A DNA stretch of 20,000 bases from Mesotaenium endlicherianum (GCA_009602735.1 WELA01001462.1:358297-378296), one strand, 5' to 3'. Shown: positions 1 through 11,188, counted from the stretch's first letter. Notes: a model not told the origin generated them from the sequence alone. A program made the numbers and translations.

Positions 1-1056
1 TCTACTCAGCGAGTAGATGCCAATGCTGCTGCTGCATTTGCTAGACTACCACCCCAGAGTGTAGACTGGGGAGCATTGTTCGTTCAAATGCAGTCGCAAA
101 TGGCGACCATGTCTCAGTCCCAACAGGAGGACAAAAGAATCATAATGTCCCCACTGCGGGACAGAGACCAACTGGGGTCTCAAACCATTAGTGGTGGTGG
201 CAGAGGGCCTAGTAAGCCCAAGCCAAAACCTCCCCAGGACTATGATCCTGAGGGAAACAGAAAATATTACCTGATCAAGTTTCTCGCGGATGTTGAGCAG
301 TGGCTGGAGAACTACCCAGAACTGCAAGATTACGAGAAGGTCAGGCACACCGGTGCGCTACTCAAAGACGATGCCGCAGACTGGTGGCTATATTGGAAAG
401 GAGAGCGTAAGGCTCAGCAACTTGGTGACCCTACGTGGGTAGAGTTTGTCGAGAAGTTGCATGAGAAGTTTGATGTCATCAACCAGCAGGAGAAAGTTAT
501 ATATGCGATGATCTCCCTGACACTGAAGCAGACCACTTCAGTTGTTGAGTTTGCTCAAAAGTTCCAGGAGAACATGATGAAGCAGCCAGACTTGCCAGAA
601 CGGTATAGGATAGCATACTTCAGGTATGGCTTGAAATCCGAGGTCTCTGGTCATTTTGCTGAGAAGAAGTATGAGAAACTGGCTGACTTGATCCAGGATG
701 CTGACGCCTGGGATCAGCAGCAGTTCAATCACAAGCGCCAGAGTAACGCTTTGGTGTCTAAGATTGTCAAAAAGCCCCACGGTTCCTACAATGCAGTTGA
801 AGGAGACCAGGCTGAGGATAATCAGGGTGATGAATATGAGTATGAGTACAATGCTATTCAGTCTAGAGGTAGAGGTGGTCCCTCTCGAGGTGGCTATGGA
901 AGGGGTGGTGGTAGGACTAAGCCAAGACCAGCCTCAGCAAAATCGATTTGTTTCCATTGCCAGCAGCCAGGTCACTTCTGAGAGCAGTGTCCAGTCAAGC
1001 ACCTCCCAAAGGTCGAGAGAAAAGACCAGCCTTTAAAAGACAGCAACAGTCAGTAA
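1..1056 (+). pseudogene. gag: gag (capsid plus CCHC zinc knuckle), one premature stop
   Basis: Frame is open from base 1. Retrotransposon capsid-like motifs LLKDDAADWW, PTWVEFVEKLHEKF, LKQTTSVVEFAQKF, YFRYGLKSEV; RGG-rich linker. CX2CX4HX4C reads CFHCQQPGHF*EQC with TGA at 979-981; next stop TAA at 1054-1056. Confidence 0.92.
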
Positions 1057-4000
1057 TCCAATCTACTGACTATGAGGATGCTAGAGATAGTGAGTCGTCA
1101 CTAGCTGCCCTCGTAGCAGGTAATATGGGTCCTGCTGAACTGGAGTCACTATGCATGCCTCACAACCAGATAAAGGAGACCATCAGCAATATAGACATCC
1201 AGAGAGTGCACACTCTGGATGCTCTTGTTCCACCTGATGTCCAACATTTCTTTGCTAAGTCAGGAGAACAATGCGAAAGTCAGGAAAAGACAGTCCCCCC
1301 CCCCCCTATCCTACTGCATTTGTTGACGGAGGGGCGTCACTTACTTTTATCCATAAGGACTTAGTTAAGCGGCTAAGGCTGCCTACTGTCACCCAAGGGA
1401 ATAGAAAAATATTCCTTAAAGATGCCTCAAGTATCCCGAGAGGAGTTATAACCAAGCCTATTGAGGTCCAGTTAGGTTCTGGCAATGCAGTTCTAACAGA
1501 ATCGCTTACATTTGAGGTACTCAACACTGGCTTTTATGATCTCGTGCTAGGCAGGTCCTGGCATAATAGACATCAAGCTGAAGTGTGTTGGAGCAGAGGT
1601 ACAGTTAAAGTGAGAGGAGCCAGTGATGGGCAGACTGACTTGGCACCCACCAATGCTCTTCCTCTTGTCCTGTGTGGATGGCAACTGAAGGAAAAGAAGA
1701 GGCTTCCAAAAGACAGAATGTTGTTTCTGCTGCTAAGAGTGATACCTCCTCAACCTGAAGTAGTGGTGGAGAAAAAGGTAAGCCCTCCGAAGCACCCTAT
1801 TGCTGCAAACATTGTTGCTCAGTACACGGATGTATTTAATATGCCTCCAGGATTACCCCCTAAGAGAAAATTAGATCATAGGATTGATGTATTACCTGGG
1901 AGTCAACCACCCTGGCAACGCACCTATGGCTTGTCTTATCTGGAGAGCGAGGAGTTGAAAACACAGATTGCAGAGCTTGAGGAAAATGGTAATATTTCTC
2001 CCAGTAAATCACCTTACGGCGCACCCATCCTATTTGTTAAGAAAAAGGACGGCAGTATGCGGACGTGTGTGGATTACAGAGCCCTGAACAGAATTACAGT
2101 AAAAAACAAGTATGCTTTACCCAGAATCGAGGACTTGCTTGATACCCTGTCTGGTGCTAAGGTGTTCAGTAAGATTGATCTCAAGAGTGGTTATCATCAA
2201 ATCAGAATTGCTGAGGAGGATGAACACAAGACTGCCTTCCGCACACGTTATGGACACTATGAGTTCAACGTGATGCCATTTGGACTGACTAATGCTCCTG
2301 CGACCTTCATGGGTGCTATGAATGACATCTTCAGACCTTACTTGGATAAGTTTGTGCAAGTTTTCCTGGATGATATTTTAATTTTCTCTAAAGATGAAGC
2401 TCAGCACACTGAACACTCAAAGAGAATCATGGACACTCTGAGAAAAAATCACTTATATGCTAAAATGAGCAAGTGTGATTTCTTTAACGAAAGTATTGAA
2501 TTCTTAGGCCACGTTGTCAGTAAAGAAGGCATCAGTGTGGATCCTAAGAAAGTCCAGACCATAAGGGACCGGCCAGTACCACAATTTGTCTCTGAAGTTA
2601 GATCCTTCCTCGGGTTGGCTAACTACTATAGGAGATTTATTGAGAATTATTCTACAAAGGCAAGTAAACTGACTGACCTTACTAAGAAAGACATAGGGTA
2701 TGTGTGGGGGGAAGAGCAGCAGGCTGCCTTCCAGAGCCTTAAAGATGCTTTTTGTTCTGCCCCGATGCTAGCCGTGTATGACCCCAGCAAACCGGTGCAG
2801 GTGGTCACTGATGCCTCTGACTTTGCCATGGGTGCTATTTTTTTGCAGCCTGCTGACAAAACCACAAAGGATGGTAAGGTACGGCAGGAGTGGCATCCTG
2901 TGTTGTATGGGTCTATGAAATATAATCCAGCGGAGATTAATTACTCAGTGCATGATAAAGAGCTGCTAGCTATCATTCATGTGCTCAAACAGTGGAGAGC
3001 ATACTTACATGGTAAAGCTTTTAAGGTGATTACAGATCATCTAGCTCTGACTCAGTTTCAGAAGAAGTCCAAGCTGTCGAGGAGGGAGAACCGCTGGAGC
3101 CAGATGCTGGAGCAGTTTCAAGTCCAGATCGACTACAAACCAGGGAAGTTAAATCCTGCTGATGCACTTTCTAGAAAGCCTGACTTGCAAGAAAGGAACT
3201 TTAGTCAGCATGGTGTAGATAAAGTCCTTTGTGCACTCACTTCACTGAAGGTGAAAAAGTCCTTCCTTGAACAACTTAGAAAAGCCTACCTTTCTGACCC
3301 AACATTTGAGCCCAGCCCCACTACTGGTATGTGTCGTGCTACTGCACTCGGGTATGAGCTTAAGTGAGGGGTCTGGGTGACTAAAACCACTTCAGGCAGG
3401 CTGAAGCTAGTCATTCCTAATAACGTGGAAATAAAATCCCTTTTATTGAGTCAAGCACATGTTACTCTCTAATATAATCTCAGACAGGGACTCAAAATTT
3501 GCCTCTTAGATCTGGAGGGCTTTAATGGGGTTAATGGGAGTCAAATAGCTGCTCAGCACAGCAAACCACCCTCAGACTGATGGGCAGACTGAAAGAACTA
3601 ACCGACTTCTGCAAAAGGTACTGAGAGCTTATATTAACCATAAACAAGATAATTGGGATGACCTGCTACCCCAAATCCAATTTGCGGTCAACAATGCGGT
3701 CCTCGCGTCAACGGGCAAGACTCCTTTTCAACTAAGCCTGGGTAGAGTCCTCAAGTCTCCTTTAGATGTCCTAGGAGAGTCTTTACCTCACCCTACAGGG
3801 ATTGACAATCTGGTCTCCCTCCACCTAACTAAGGAGTTTGCTGACACCCTGTCAGAAGTCCAGCAGAACCTGCACAGAGCCCAAGAATACCAACAAAAGT
3901 ACGCTAATCAGCACCGTCGAGAACTGACCTTTTCTAAGGGCGATTTGGTCAAACTGCATTCTCAGCACCTGTACCTCCCTGGTGTGGTCAAGAAAAAGCT

Positions 4001-4394
4001 TGGCCCTGTCTGGATCGGTCCATATTCGGTGGTGCGTCGTGTCGGAAAGAATGCTTACAAACTGAACATGTCAGCCAAATACAAGGGTCATCCGGTCTTT
4101 AATGTCTCCTTCCTGGAACCATACATCAAAAGTGATACACTGTTCACAGGTCGGTTACCTGTCCAACCGAGACCGGTCCCAGCTGTCCGGGACGGCGACC
4201 CTGAGGAATATGAGGTTGAGGACATTTTAGACGCGCGTTCGGTCCGTCGATCGTCTAAATATGTCATGAAGTACCTCATTTGATGGAAGGGTTACGATGC
4301 CTCTGGGGACACTTGGGAATTTAAAGACCATTTGACTAATGCCAAAGGAGCGTTGAAACGGTTCCACCTTCGGGCGGCTGGAGCACCTCTCTAA
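1032..4394 (+). pseudogene. pol: pol polyprotein (protease, RT, RNase H, integrase, chromodomain), disrupted
   Basis: [10 protein letters not shown]...[130 protein letters not shown]. Several in-frame stops, a frame change at the C12 run (1295-1306) and an internal deletion near 3467. Confidence 0.95.
4203..4370 (+). other. Integrase C-terminal chromodomain
   Basis: EEYEVEDILDAR...KYLI*WKGYDASGDTWEFKDHLTNA; aromatic cage residues Y/W/Y present; TGA at 4281-4283 interrupts it. Confidence 0.93.
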
Positions 4395-4788
4395 CAGTCA
4401 TTTCAGTTGACACGGGAAGGTGACAGGAGGTCCTGTCTCCATTTAAGTTGGAGGGGAAAATATATGACATTTAATGTGCGAGAGCGAGAAAGGGACAGTT
4501 ATGTGAACCCTAAGTGTCAGCATAGTGACAGAGGGGACAGCCTGGCCCACATAAAGCACCTTTAGCTGAAGGAAAAAGGGCCTCACACAGCCATACATCA
4601 CTTAACACACCTGAAAACACATTCATACGTTTATGTCTAGCGCACCGCAACTACGTCAACTCCTAGCAATCACCCTGTAAGGTAAACAGGAACGAATATA
4701 CTATATTAATACGAACTTACTCCCTTCTTGCAACTTCTAGGACAAAGGTCGATATCCTACTAAGTTGTGCCCTGGTTACATGTGCAGA

Positions 4789-6459
4789 ATGGCTCCCACC
4801 ACACAAAAAGAGGACAGAAAGCGCAAGGCAGAAGAAGCCAGGAGGACAATGGAGTAATACCAGAAGGAGCTGGCGGCGACGTCCCTCACCAGGATAGAAC
4901 AAGGAAGGGTCTGCAAACAACAAGAGGCGGCAGAAGAATCACAGAGGAAGAAGGATCAGGAAGCGGAAAACCTCAGGATAGCTGAGGAGGAGAGACAAAA
5001 GAAACAACAAGAAGAAGCGGCAGCGGCAGAGGAGGAGAAAAGGAAAAAGGCTGAAGCGGACAGGCAGATGAGCTTGGCCACTTACAGGTATACTGTGGTG
5101 GGTGGCCAAAACTTTGATAACCTGAAGGAAGCATTGCTGGCAGCCCAGGAGATCAACAAGCTGGAACAGACAACTCTACAGAGGGAAGGAATTGCAGCAC
5201 TGGATAGGTACATTGAGACACACACTGGTGTGGTCCTCTACGAGGATTATGCCAAGATGGTGGGCTATACAGCAGAGCAGGCCCGGTACCTTGCCGATGA
5301 TTCAGAGAACAAGCCAGTCCCAATACCGGGAATAGTGGGAGATTAGAGACTCATCATGGTGAGCATGCGGCCCGATAGCTTTAAGGATACGGTATTCTAC
5401 CTCACACTATTGCCAGCTTACAATGAAGTTGAGAGACGGAGCTGGGAATACTTGGCCAGGGAAGCAGGACAGCAGATGTTCTCTCCCCACTGGTTCCCAT
5501 GTAAACTGAGAAAGGTTGAGCATGGACCTCAGTACTACCAGCAGCCAACAGACTGGAGGTGGATGACCGTCACAAACAAAAAGCAGGAGTGTGACTGAGC
5601 CCAACCAGACAATGTCCACTATGGCCTAGACGGCTACCTCATCCTACCACCTCACATTGCCCCTTGGGACCCCAGGCTGAATGGCTGCCTGAGTAATATG
5701 AATGCAAAGACCAAAGAGCACAGGAGGAGGAGGAGAGACTACTTCTCTAACGGAAAGCATGCCTTCGTCAAATGGGCGAAGAATGCAGGCCAGATAGATA
5801 TCAGCAGGCTGAAGGCCAAGCAACCTCCAGCGCGCCCTAAGAAAGGGTTATCAGTAGACTACTCCATGTCTACCAGGGAGCAGGACGACTTGGTTGACGA
5901 GACACCTAATTTCTCAGAGGAGGAGGATGAGGAGGATGAGGAAGAAGAACAAGGCAGAGGAGAAGCATCAGGAGCTGGTACTCAGGAGACCCAGGGGCAG
6001 GCAGGGGCACTTCCTAAGGAACCAAGATCAGGTATATGGAACGTGATCCCGGTCATGGAGGCAACTGGACCCCGCACTCGCTCCCCCAGCCCACTTGCCC
6101 AAGCAAGGGAAGAAGCTGATCTGACTGTACTTGGCAGCAGACACCGGTAGAAATCCCCAGAGGACAGGGGTGCCAGAAGAGGAACACGCGGGGTGGCCAG
6201 AGGTATGCCGGCCTCACCCTTCGCTCAGGGACATGTACCTCTTGCCAATGTATTTCAGCATCCTACTGGAATGTCTGTCTATGTGGGGATCAACACCCAA
6301 GTGGGTGAAGAGCAGGCTACCATCCTTCGTTCACCTCGAGGTCCAACTTTAGAACAAACGGGGTTCTTTAGAAGGCCAGCTGCCAGACCTAGAGGGCTGT
6401 CCAGATCTAGGTCCATATCTCAGTCTCCTGATCCTGAAGACCCAGGAACAACCCCTTAG
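4789..6459 (+). pseudogene. Additional ORF (~556 codons) between pol and 3' LTR, unknown function
   Basis: ATG 4789 and listed ORFs 5068, 5356, 5698 and 6193 are all in one frame, broken only by stops at 4855, 5344, 5596 and 6148. E/K/Q/R coiled-coil-like N-terminus, aromatic-rich middle, RRRRR basic patch, acidic tract, SR-rich tail. Confidence 0.8.
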
Positions 6460-6556
6460 GTGACAGGCTGAAGAGGCAGTTAGTGGGGGAGGCTAGTCAG
6501 GTTCAGTTCTCTTATTTAAAACTTCTGCAATTTAATGTTGTTGAGGCGACAACAAG

Positions 6557-6571
6557 TTAAGTTGGAGGGAT
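6557..6571 (+). promoter_or_regulatory. Polypurine tract of the chromovirus
   Basis: TTAAGTTGGAGGGAT immediately before TGTAGTGAA. Confidence 0.8.
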
Positions 6572-7147
6572 TGTAGTGAATCAGTATGTTAGTAGATATA
6601 ATATTCATTTATATATAATAATTAATAATCAGTCTGCTGGACTTCATACTTAATATCAGTTTAATGACTCCATCGGAAGCAGCAGGCTGAAGTCAACTTA
6701 AGTCAGCTTGCTGACACATTCTTTGACAGCCAACTGACTTCCGTACTCGGTAGCAGCGAACTGCCTCGATATGCATCTAAGTGTGATATGCTAGATGAAT
6801 GGCCAGATGACATCCCTATGATGGATGGCGATTCGGGATGATGGGAGATGGCGGTGGATTTGGTGAACCGAGGTCCCTACCAACGTGGTTAACTCCCGGG
6901 TAGGCGGTGCCATCGCACTGGCCGTTGAACAGTAAACTCATTCCATGTACATATGCTAGGCATTGCTCTCGAGTTCGGCATTCGGAAACGAGGCCAACTC
7001 TCTTGTACAGCTTACCGAGAGATCTGAATCCAAGGCGAGAAGCCGTTGATACGCACTGTCTTCTAAACCTTGCTTATGTATAAGTTTACTGATTGCATTA
7101 TTGATGCTAGTTTACTCGCATTTGACTTACGAGTATCGTTCACTGCT
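6572..7147 (+). repeat. 3' LTR of the chromovirus (LTR1)
   Basis: Starts TGTAGTGAATCA after the PPT. Imperfect inverted end TTCACTGCT at 7139-7147, after which unrelated DNMT coding sequence begins. Shares its start and a core motif with the LTR at 7682. Confidence 0.7.
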
Positions 7148-7150
7148 AGT

Positions 7151-7681
7151 GTGTTTCCTTTGCCGTTTAACAAGTTAACAGAAAATACCATAAAAGATTG
7201 CTTGCTGGTATAAAGATCTTCATTAATTGTTAATCGCCTATTTGGTAAGTCGGTTCATTTTATTTTTGCTGGATTCTCTTACCGGCCATTCTCCCAAGCC
7301 GGAAGGAGAAAAATGATTCAATGATCATCAAACGCAACACTGGGGAAAAATGGTGAAAATCATCCAGTCGCTGCAAGAGCGCCAGCGTTAGTTTCCACCT
7401 GCGTTTGTGATTGAGAATGTACACTTGGAATTGGACTACAAGGAGATGAAGCCAGGGGCTTCATTGCTGATTTTTTACTCCACCTTAGGGCATCATGCCT
7501 TGCTGAACGACGCGAGGCATGGGGGATTATCTCAACGAGCCAGGATGCTTAGACAAAATTGTATATCCATTGAGCATTTGAAGGCTATAGATTCGATCTT
7601 GCGACGACCGCCCAACGCACAATCTGTGGGAGAAGTACTGGGGGTAATTACTAAATCAGTGGCAAGGAGGGATACCTACCT
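7151..7681 (+). pseudogene. DNMT3-like C5 cytosine methyltransferase, copy 2, N-part (motifs IV, VI, VIII)
   Basis: SVHFIFAGFSYRPFSQAG (degenerate GxPCQxFSxAG, 7250-7303), frameshift in A-run ~7310, then WGKMVKIIQSLQ...PPAFVIENV (motif VI ENV) and LLNDARHGGLSQRARMLRQN (motif VIII RxR). Colinear with the DNMT at 16225-17158. Confidence 0.85.
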
Positions 7682-8944
7682 TGTAATGAATCAATTCATT
7701 ATGTATTCAATTAATTGCATATATAAATATAACACTAAATAAGTATTATATCTATATACTCACAAGTGCGAGTTCATCTAAATGAATGTATGTCGATGTA
7801 ATGCGAGTTTACTTACTTACTTTGTCAAAAAGGTCAGCAGGATGACTTTTGTTCCATAGTGTAGTTTGCTGACTTTGTTGAAAAGGTCAGCAGGATGACT
7901 TCTGTATCATAGTGTAGTTTGCTGAGATTTATATATCAGTTATATATAGGATATAATATCAGTAGGTTGACGTATAGTAAGCTCGCTTGATATTAGTCAA
8001 TATACTTAGCTTCAGTACGCTGAGGATAGACATGTTCATTTAGATTGTTATTTGTAGATTGGCACATGTGACCGAAGTATACTGAAAGTCGGGAGGTCGA
8101 CTGAGATTTGGTAAACCGATGTCCTACCATTGTGGTTAACTCCTGGGTAGGCGGAGCCGTCGTCAGTCAACTGAACAGTTAGGACTTCAGTCAACCACCA
8201 ATTAATATGGTCGTTATACCTAGATCCGTGGGTCCCAACTTAACGGGTTTCCCACGAAACGGCGCACCTTGCGCCGTGGTCAACCAGGTGGTCACTAGGT
8301 ACATAGCAGGCTGGGATCTCGTGGTCCCTCATTCTGGACAGTAGGCTTTACAGTCGGATTTCTACTTGCAAATCATGTGTGCACTTTTGGGTTTGTTCTA
8401 ATGACCAGCCTTCACGGAAATTAACATGGTTGCTTTGTCTGCGCTCCAAATGGGACGAACTAGGACTTTTCGGAAAGGTCTTGTCAAGATGCATCCGTTG
8501 CCGTTAAGTTTGCTCAATTTGAAGTAGTATTGGCAGAGTTATGCCCTCTGACATTTCGGGGTCACACAGCGGACAGATTCCATGGTTTTGCACCTAAGTC
8601 AGTGGGATGTGTTTTAGCTACATTATGGTCATCTGAATGAGAGCCCCTTTGCTATTCAGTCCCCTGATGTTGTGCATGTGCTATACATGCTTGCATGCCT
8701 GGTAGGCAAGAGGCCATGAGTTTCTAAAGGAGAAGCTCTACTCCTCAAGCTCGCCTCTTTCTTGTGCCTTGTATTCGCGTGCAACTATGGCACACTACGA
8801 TGAGTGAATCAAGGGTTATAGATGAGTAAACGGAATTCGTTATGAGGGTGAAGATCGCTCCCTGATTTCACATGCTTCCACCTATCTCTGATCTTTTATA
8901 TTTAAATGAAATATATTAATCTTGAATAAGCAAGATTCATTTCG
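7682..8944 (+). mobile_element. Solo LTR (~1263 bp) related to LTR1, with 5-bp TSD
   Basis: Starts TGTAATGAATC and ends GATTCATTTCG (imperfect inverse of the start). Flanked by TACCT (7677-7681) and TACCC (8945-8949). Excision rejoins the DNMT frame. Confidence 0.88.
7821..7926. repeat. Tandem duplication, 2 x 53 bp, inside the solo LTR
   Basis: TTTGT..AAAAGGTCAGCAGGATGACTT...CATAGTGTAGTTTGCTGA at 7821-7873 and 7874-7926. Confidence 0.9.
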
Positions 8945-9247
8945 TACCCTCAGTATAGCATCAACAAGCCAGGGAAACCGAGAGAGGTTCTGCCTACCTT
9001 CACGGCCTACCTTGAGTCACGAGCTTTCTCTAAGGGAGGACCCGAGATGATTAAAGATTCCACCATCGGCTCGTTCTGGCGAGAACCATTTGCTATGAAG
9101 AAGGGAAGCTGTTTGAAGCTCCCAGATCAGGTGGTTCGGAACATCATCAACAAGGTTGGGAGGCCAGAGGCATCAAAGATCTTTGGCAACATGATTGGGC
9201 AACATACTATGACCTGGTTGCTGGAGACTATTATGACATGGCAATAA
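8945..9247 (+). pseudogene. DNMT3-like methyltransferase, copy 2, C-part (target recognition region, motifs IX-X)
   Basis: YPQYSINKPGKPREVLPTFTAYLESRAFSKGGPEMIKDSTIGSFWREP...KIFGNMI aligns with HPSFCQVNIPGHPRAAFSTLVSCPRSYTFCQFKPGMIFDSHTH*YVEP...LLGRVMD of copy 1. Confidence 0.82.
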
Positions 9248-11188
9248 TTGACTTTTGCCAACAAGCCTATGCCAAAGCCACCAACGGTATCAATTGGAAT
9301 ATATGCGGTGCCTACCTCAGATCAGAGATCTAACCAAAATGTGCAACAACGCCGGGAGGCAACTCCAATACGCAGAAATGCTGCTGGAGAACCCAGAGGC
9401 AACCATACCTCTCGCAAGGAAGCCGGGATGGTTGAATTGGCATGATGCCATGAGCTGCAAGACCGCATAGACAATAGAATGGCTAAGCTAACCACACCTT
9501 TGGCAAGAGAAGACACGCCCATGGCAGACAAAGATCCAAACGACGAGACTCCGCCACCAGCCGAAAAAGCAGCTGACAGGTCTATATCACCCACGCCATC
9601 TGGGCCATGGGTGGACGACACGCATGTCACATCGCCTTGGCTAAGAGAGGCGGCGTCCAGGCAAATAGAGGTGCCATCACCCGAAAGGGAGGAGACACCT
9701 GAACGGCAACAGACGCCAAGACTGGAGGTGACTTCTTTGCGTGAGGAAAAAGAAAATTCTAGTTCTGACACCAACGTCAGACCACGAGCAACCGAAAATG
9801 GACACTATTGGGAGGCAAGTTCAAGCAGTTGGGAAGCTAATCAGCGCTGTCTATCATCCTCACCAGATCGGAAATGGTCAAATGAGACTTCAAGCTAGGG
9901 AACCCTAGAGGACGATGATCCAAGAGAGGAAGATGATCGGACCCACCTTGCTGAGCGACAGTGCAATGTTGGTGAATGGGCTGAGGCAAGCAACCAGAAT
10001 TCTGTAGACTCTGGAGGGTCTGGAAAAACCATATGCTTGAAAGTGATTATTGAAAGTCACAAGGAGCTGAGCAAGAAATTGAGTAAAATGCTCTACGCAT
10101 CTGAGTCAACCAAGGAGGAGCATCCTATGGCTACAGTTTGTCTAACAGCTGGGAAAATCACCAGGCAAATTATGAATTAACTTTTGGAGGCTGATGCTGA
10201 TCGGCGCAAGGAAGGGAAGGTAGCGCAAGTAGCGCACTTCTTTGCAAAATGCAATTATCAACATGGCCAAGCTCAACACAGAAGACGACAAAGAACCGTT
10301 GCCACCTGGAGTGGAGGAGCCAGTTGAAGTCGAGGCAGGAACGCCTAATGCACCAGACTTCAACTTGCCTGAGCTCGCAGATGGAGGGGACGTAGGGGAC
10401 CAGATCCCACAATTTTCTACTTCAGAGCTGGACGTACAGGACCTGCAAGAGCTCAGAATTGATGATTGGGTATGCGACCAGTTAACACTGGAGGGGCCCA
10501 ACCCAACGGACCTATATGATGACTTGAGGTCGCCCACTGCCAGCATCACAGCACTGGAACATTCCACTCAGCGAGGGCGGCAATAGCCACCAGAGGTGAG
10601 TGCCTGTGTCGCTTAGGCGGAAGCAGTTGAAGGAAAGCCACAAGGTCGCGCAAGCAGGCCAAGGAAAGTGGCTCGCAAGGGAAACGCACCACTCAAACAA
10701 ATGTTGATGCGTTATTTCAAATACCAAGGGAAACCTTGCAGGGAAGGAGTTCCGCGAGAAATCACGACTGCCCCACCAAAACTAATTATGGAGATCCTGC
10801 AGAAAGAGAGCAATGCACGTCTAATGCGCAGAGCTGCTGCATTAGGTCTGAACATTTCCATGGTAACGCTTCCACCACTGTAATGCGGGGAAGAGCAGAG
10901 TCTGTCTCTAGGGTGCCCACAGCTACTGAGCAAGAACTCACTGACCTGAGAAGAACGGTGCAATGCTTGGTTGAGGAGAATACCGTGCGTAACAGGTTGG
11001 CAGATTTGCAGGATCGTTGGTTTGTGTCACGTGGCTGGACAGTCACACCACCACCAAGAGAAAATCTAGGAGTGACATTGGAATGCATAGTTTCACTGGA
11101 ACGTCAGTGGGGTGGGACTATCGACCCGAGGACCGCTGCCCATGACCCAGGTGAATTGGCCAGTGGCCAACGCACGTCCACCATTTGA
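9248..11188 (+). pseudogene. Decayed coding sequence of unknown function downstream of DNMT copy 2
   Basis: Chain of plus-strand ORF pieces (9255, 9479, 10242, 10668, 10736) rich in P/E/D/T/S with some helical-looking segments. No RT, RH or INT motif recognised. Confidence 0.45.

Larger units (their letters stand above)
1..7147 (+). mobile_element. Ty3/Gypsy chromovirus LTR retrotransposon, decayed; 5' end lies outside the window
   Basis: Domain order gag-PR-RT-RNaseH-INT-chromodomain, then extra ORF, PPT (6557-6570) and a TG-starting LTR at 6572. Right end is estimated. Confidence 0.93.

Noticed and set aside
4789..6459. env gene
   Set aside because: No signal peptide or hydrophobic transmembrane segment; composition is highly charged.
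6843..6933. Hammerhead (retrozyme), twister or HDV-like ribozyme identity for the LTR motif
   Set aside because: No CUGANGA/GAAA core, and I could not fit the twister or HDV conserved residues; left unassigned.
7821..7926. CRISPR-like array
   Set aside because: Two adjacent units with no spacer; ordinary LTR tandem duplication.
8130..8152. 5S rRNA fragment as in Cassandra LTRs (TGGTTAACTCCTGGGTAG resembles plant 5S TGGGTGACCTCCTGGGAAG)
   Set aside because: Only about 18 nt of loose similarity; the upstream 5S sequence does not align.
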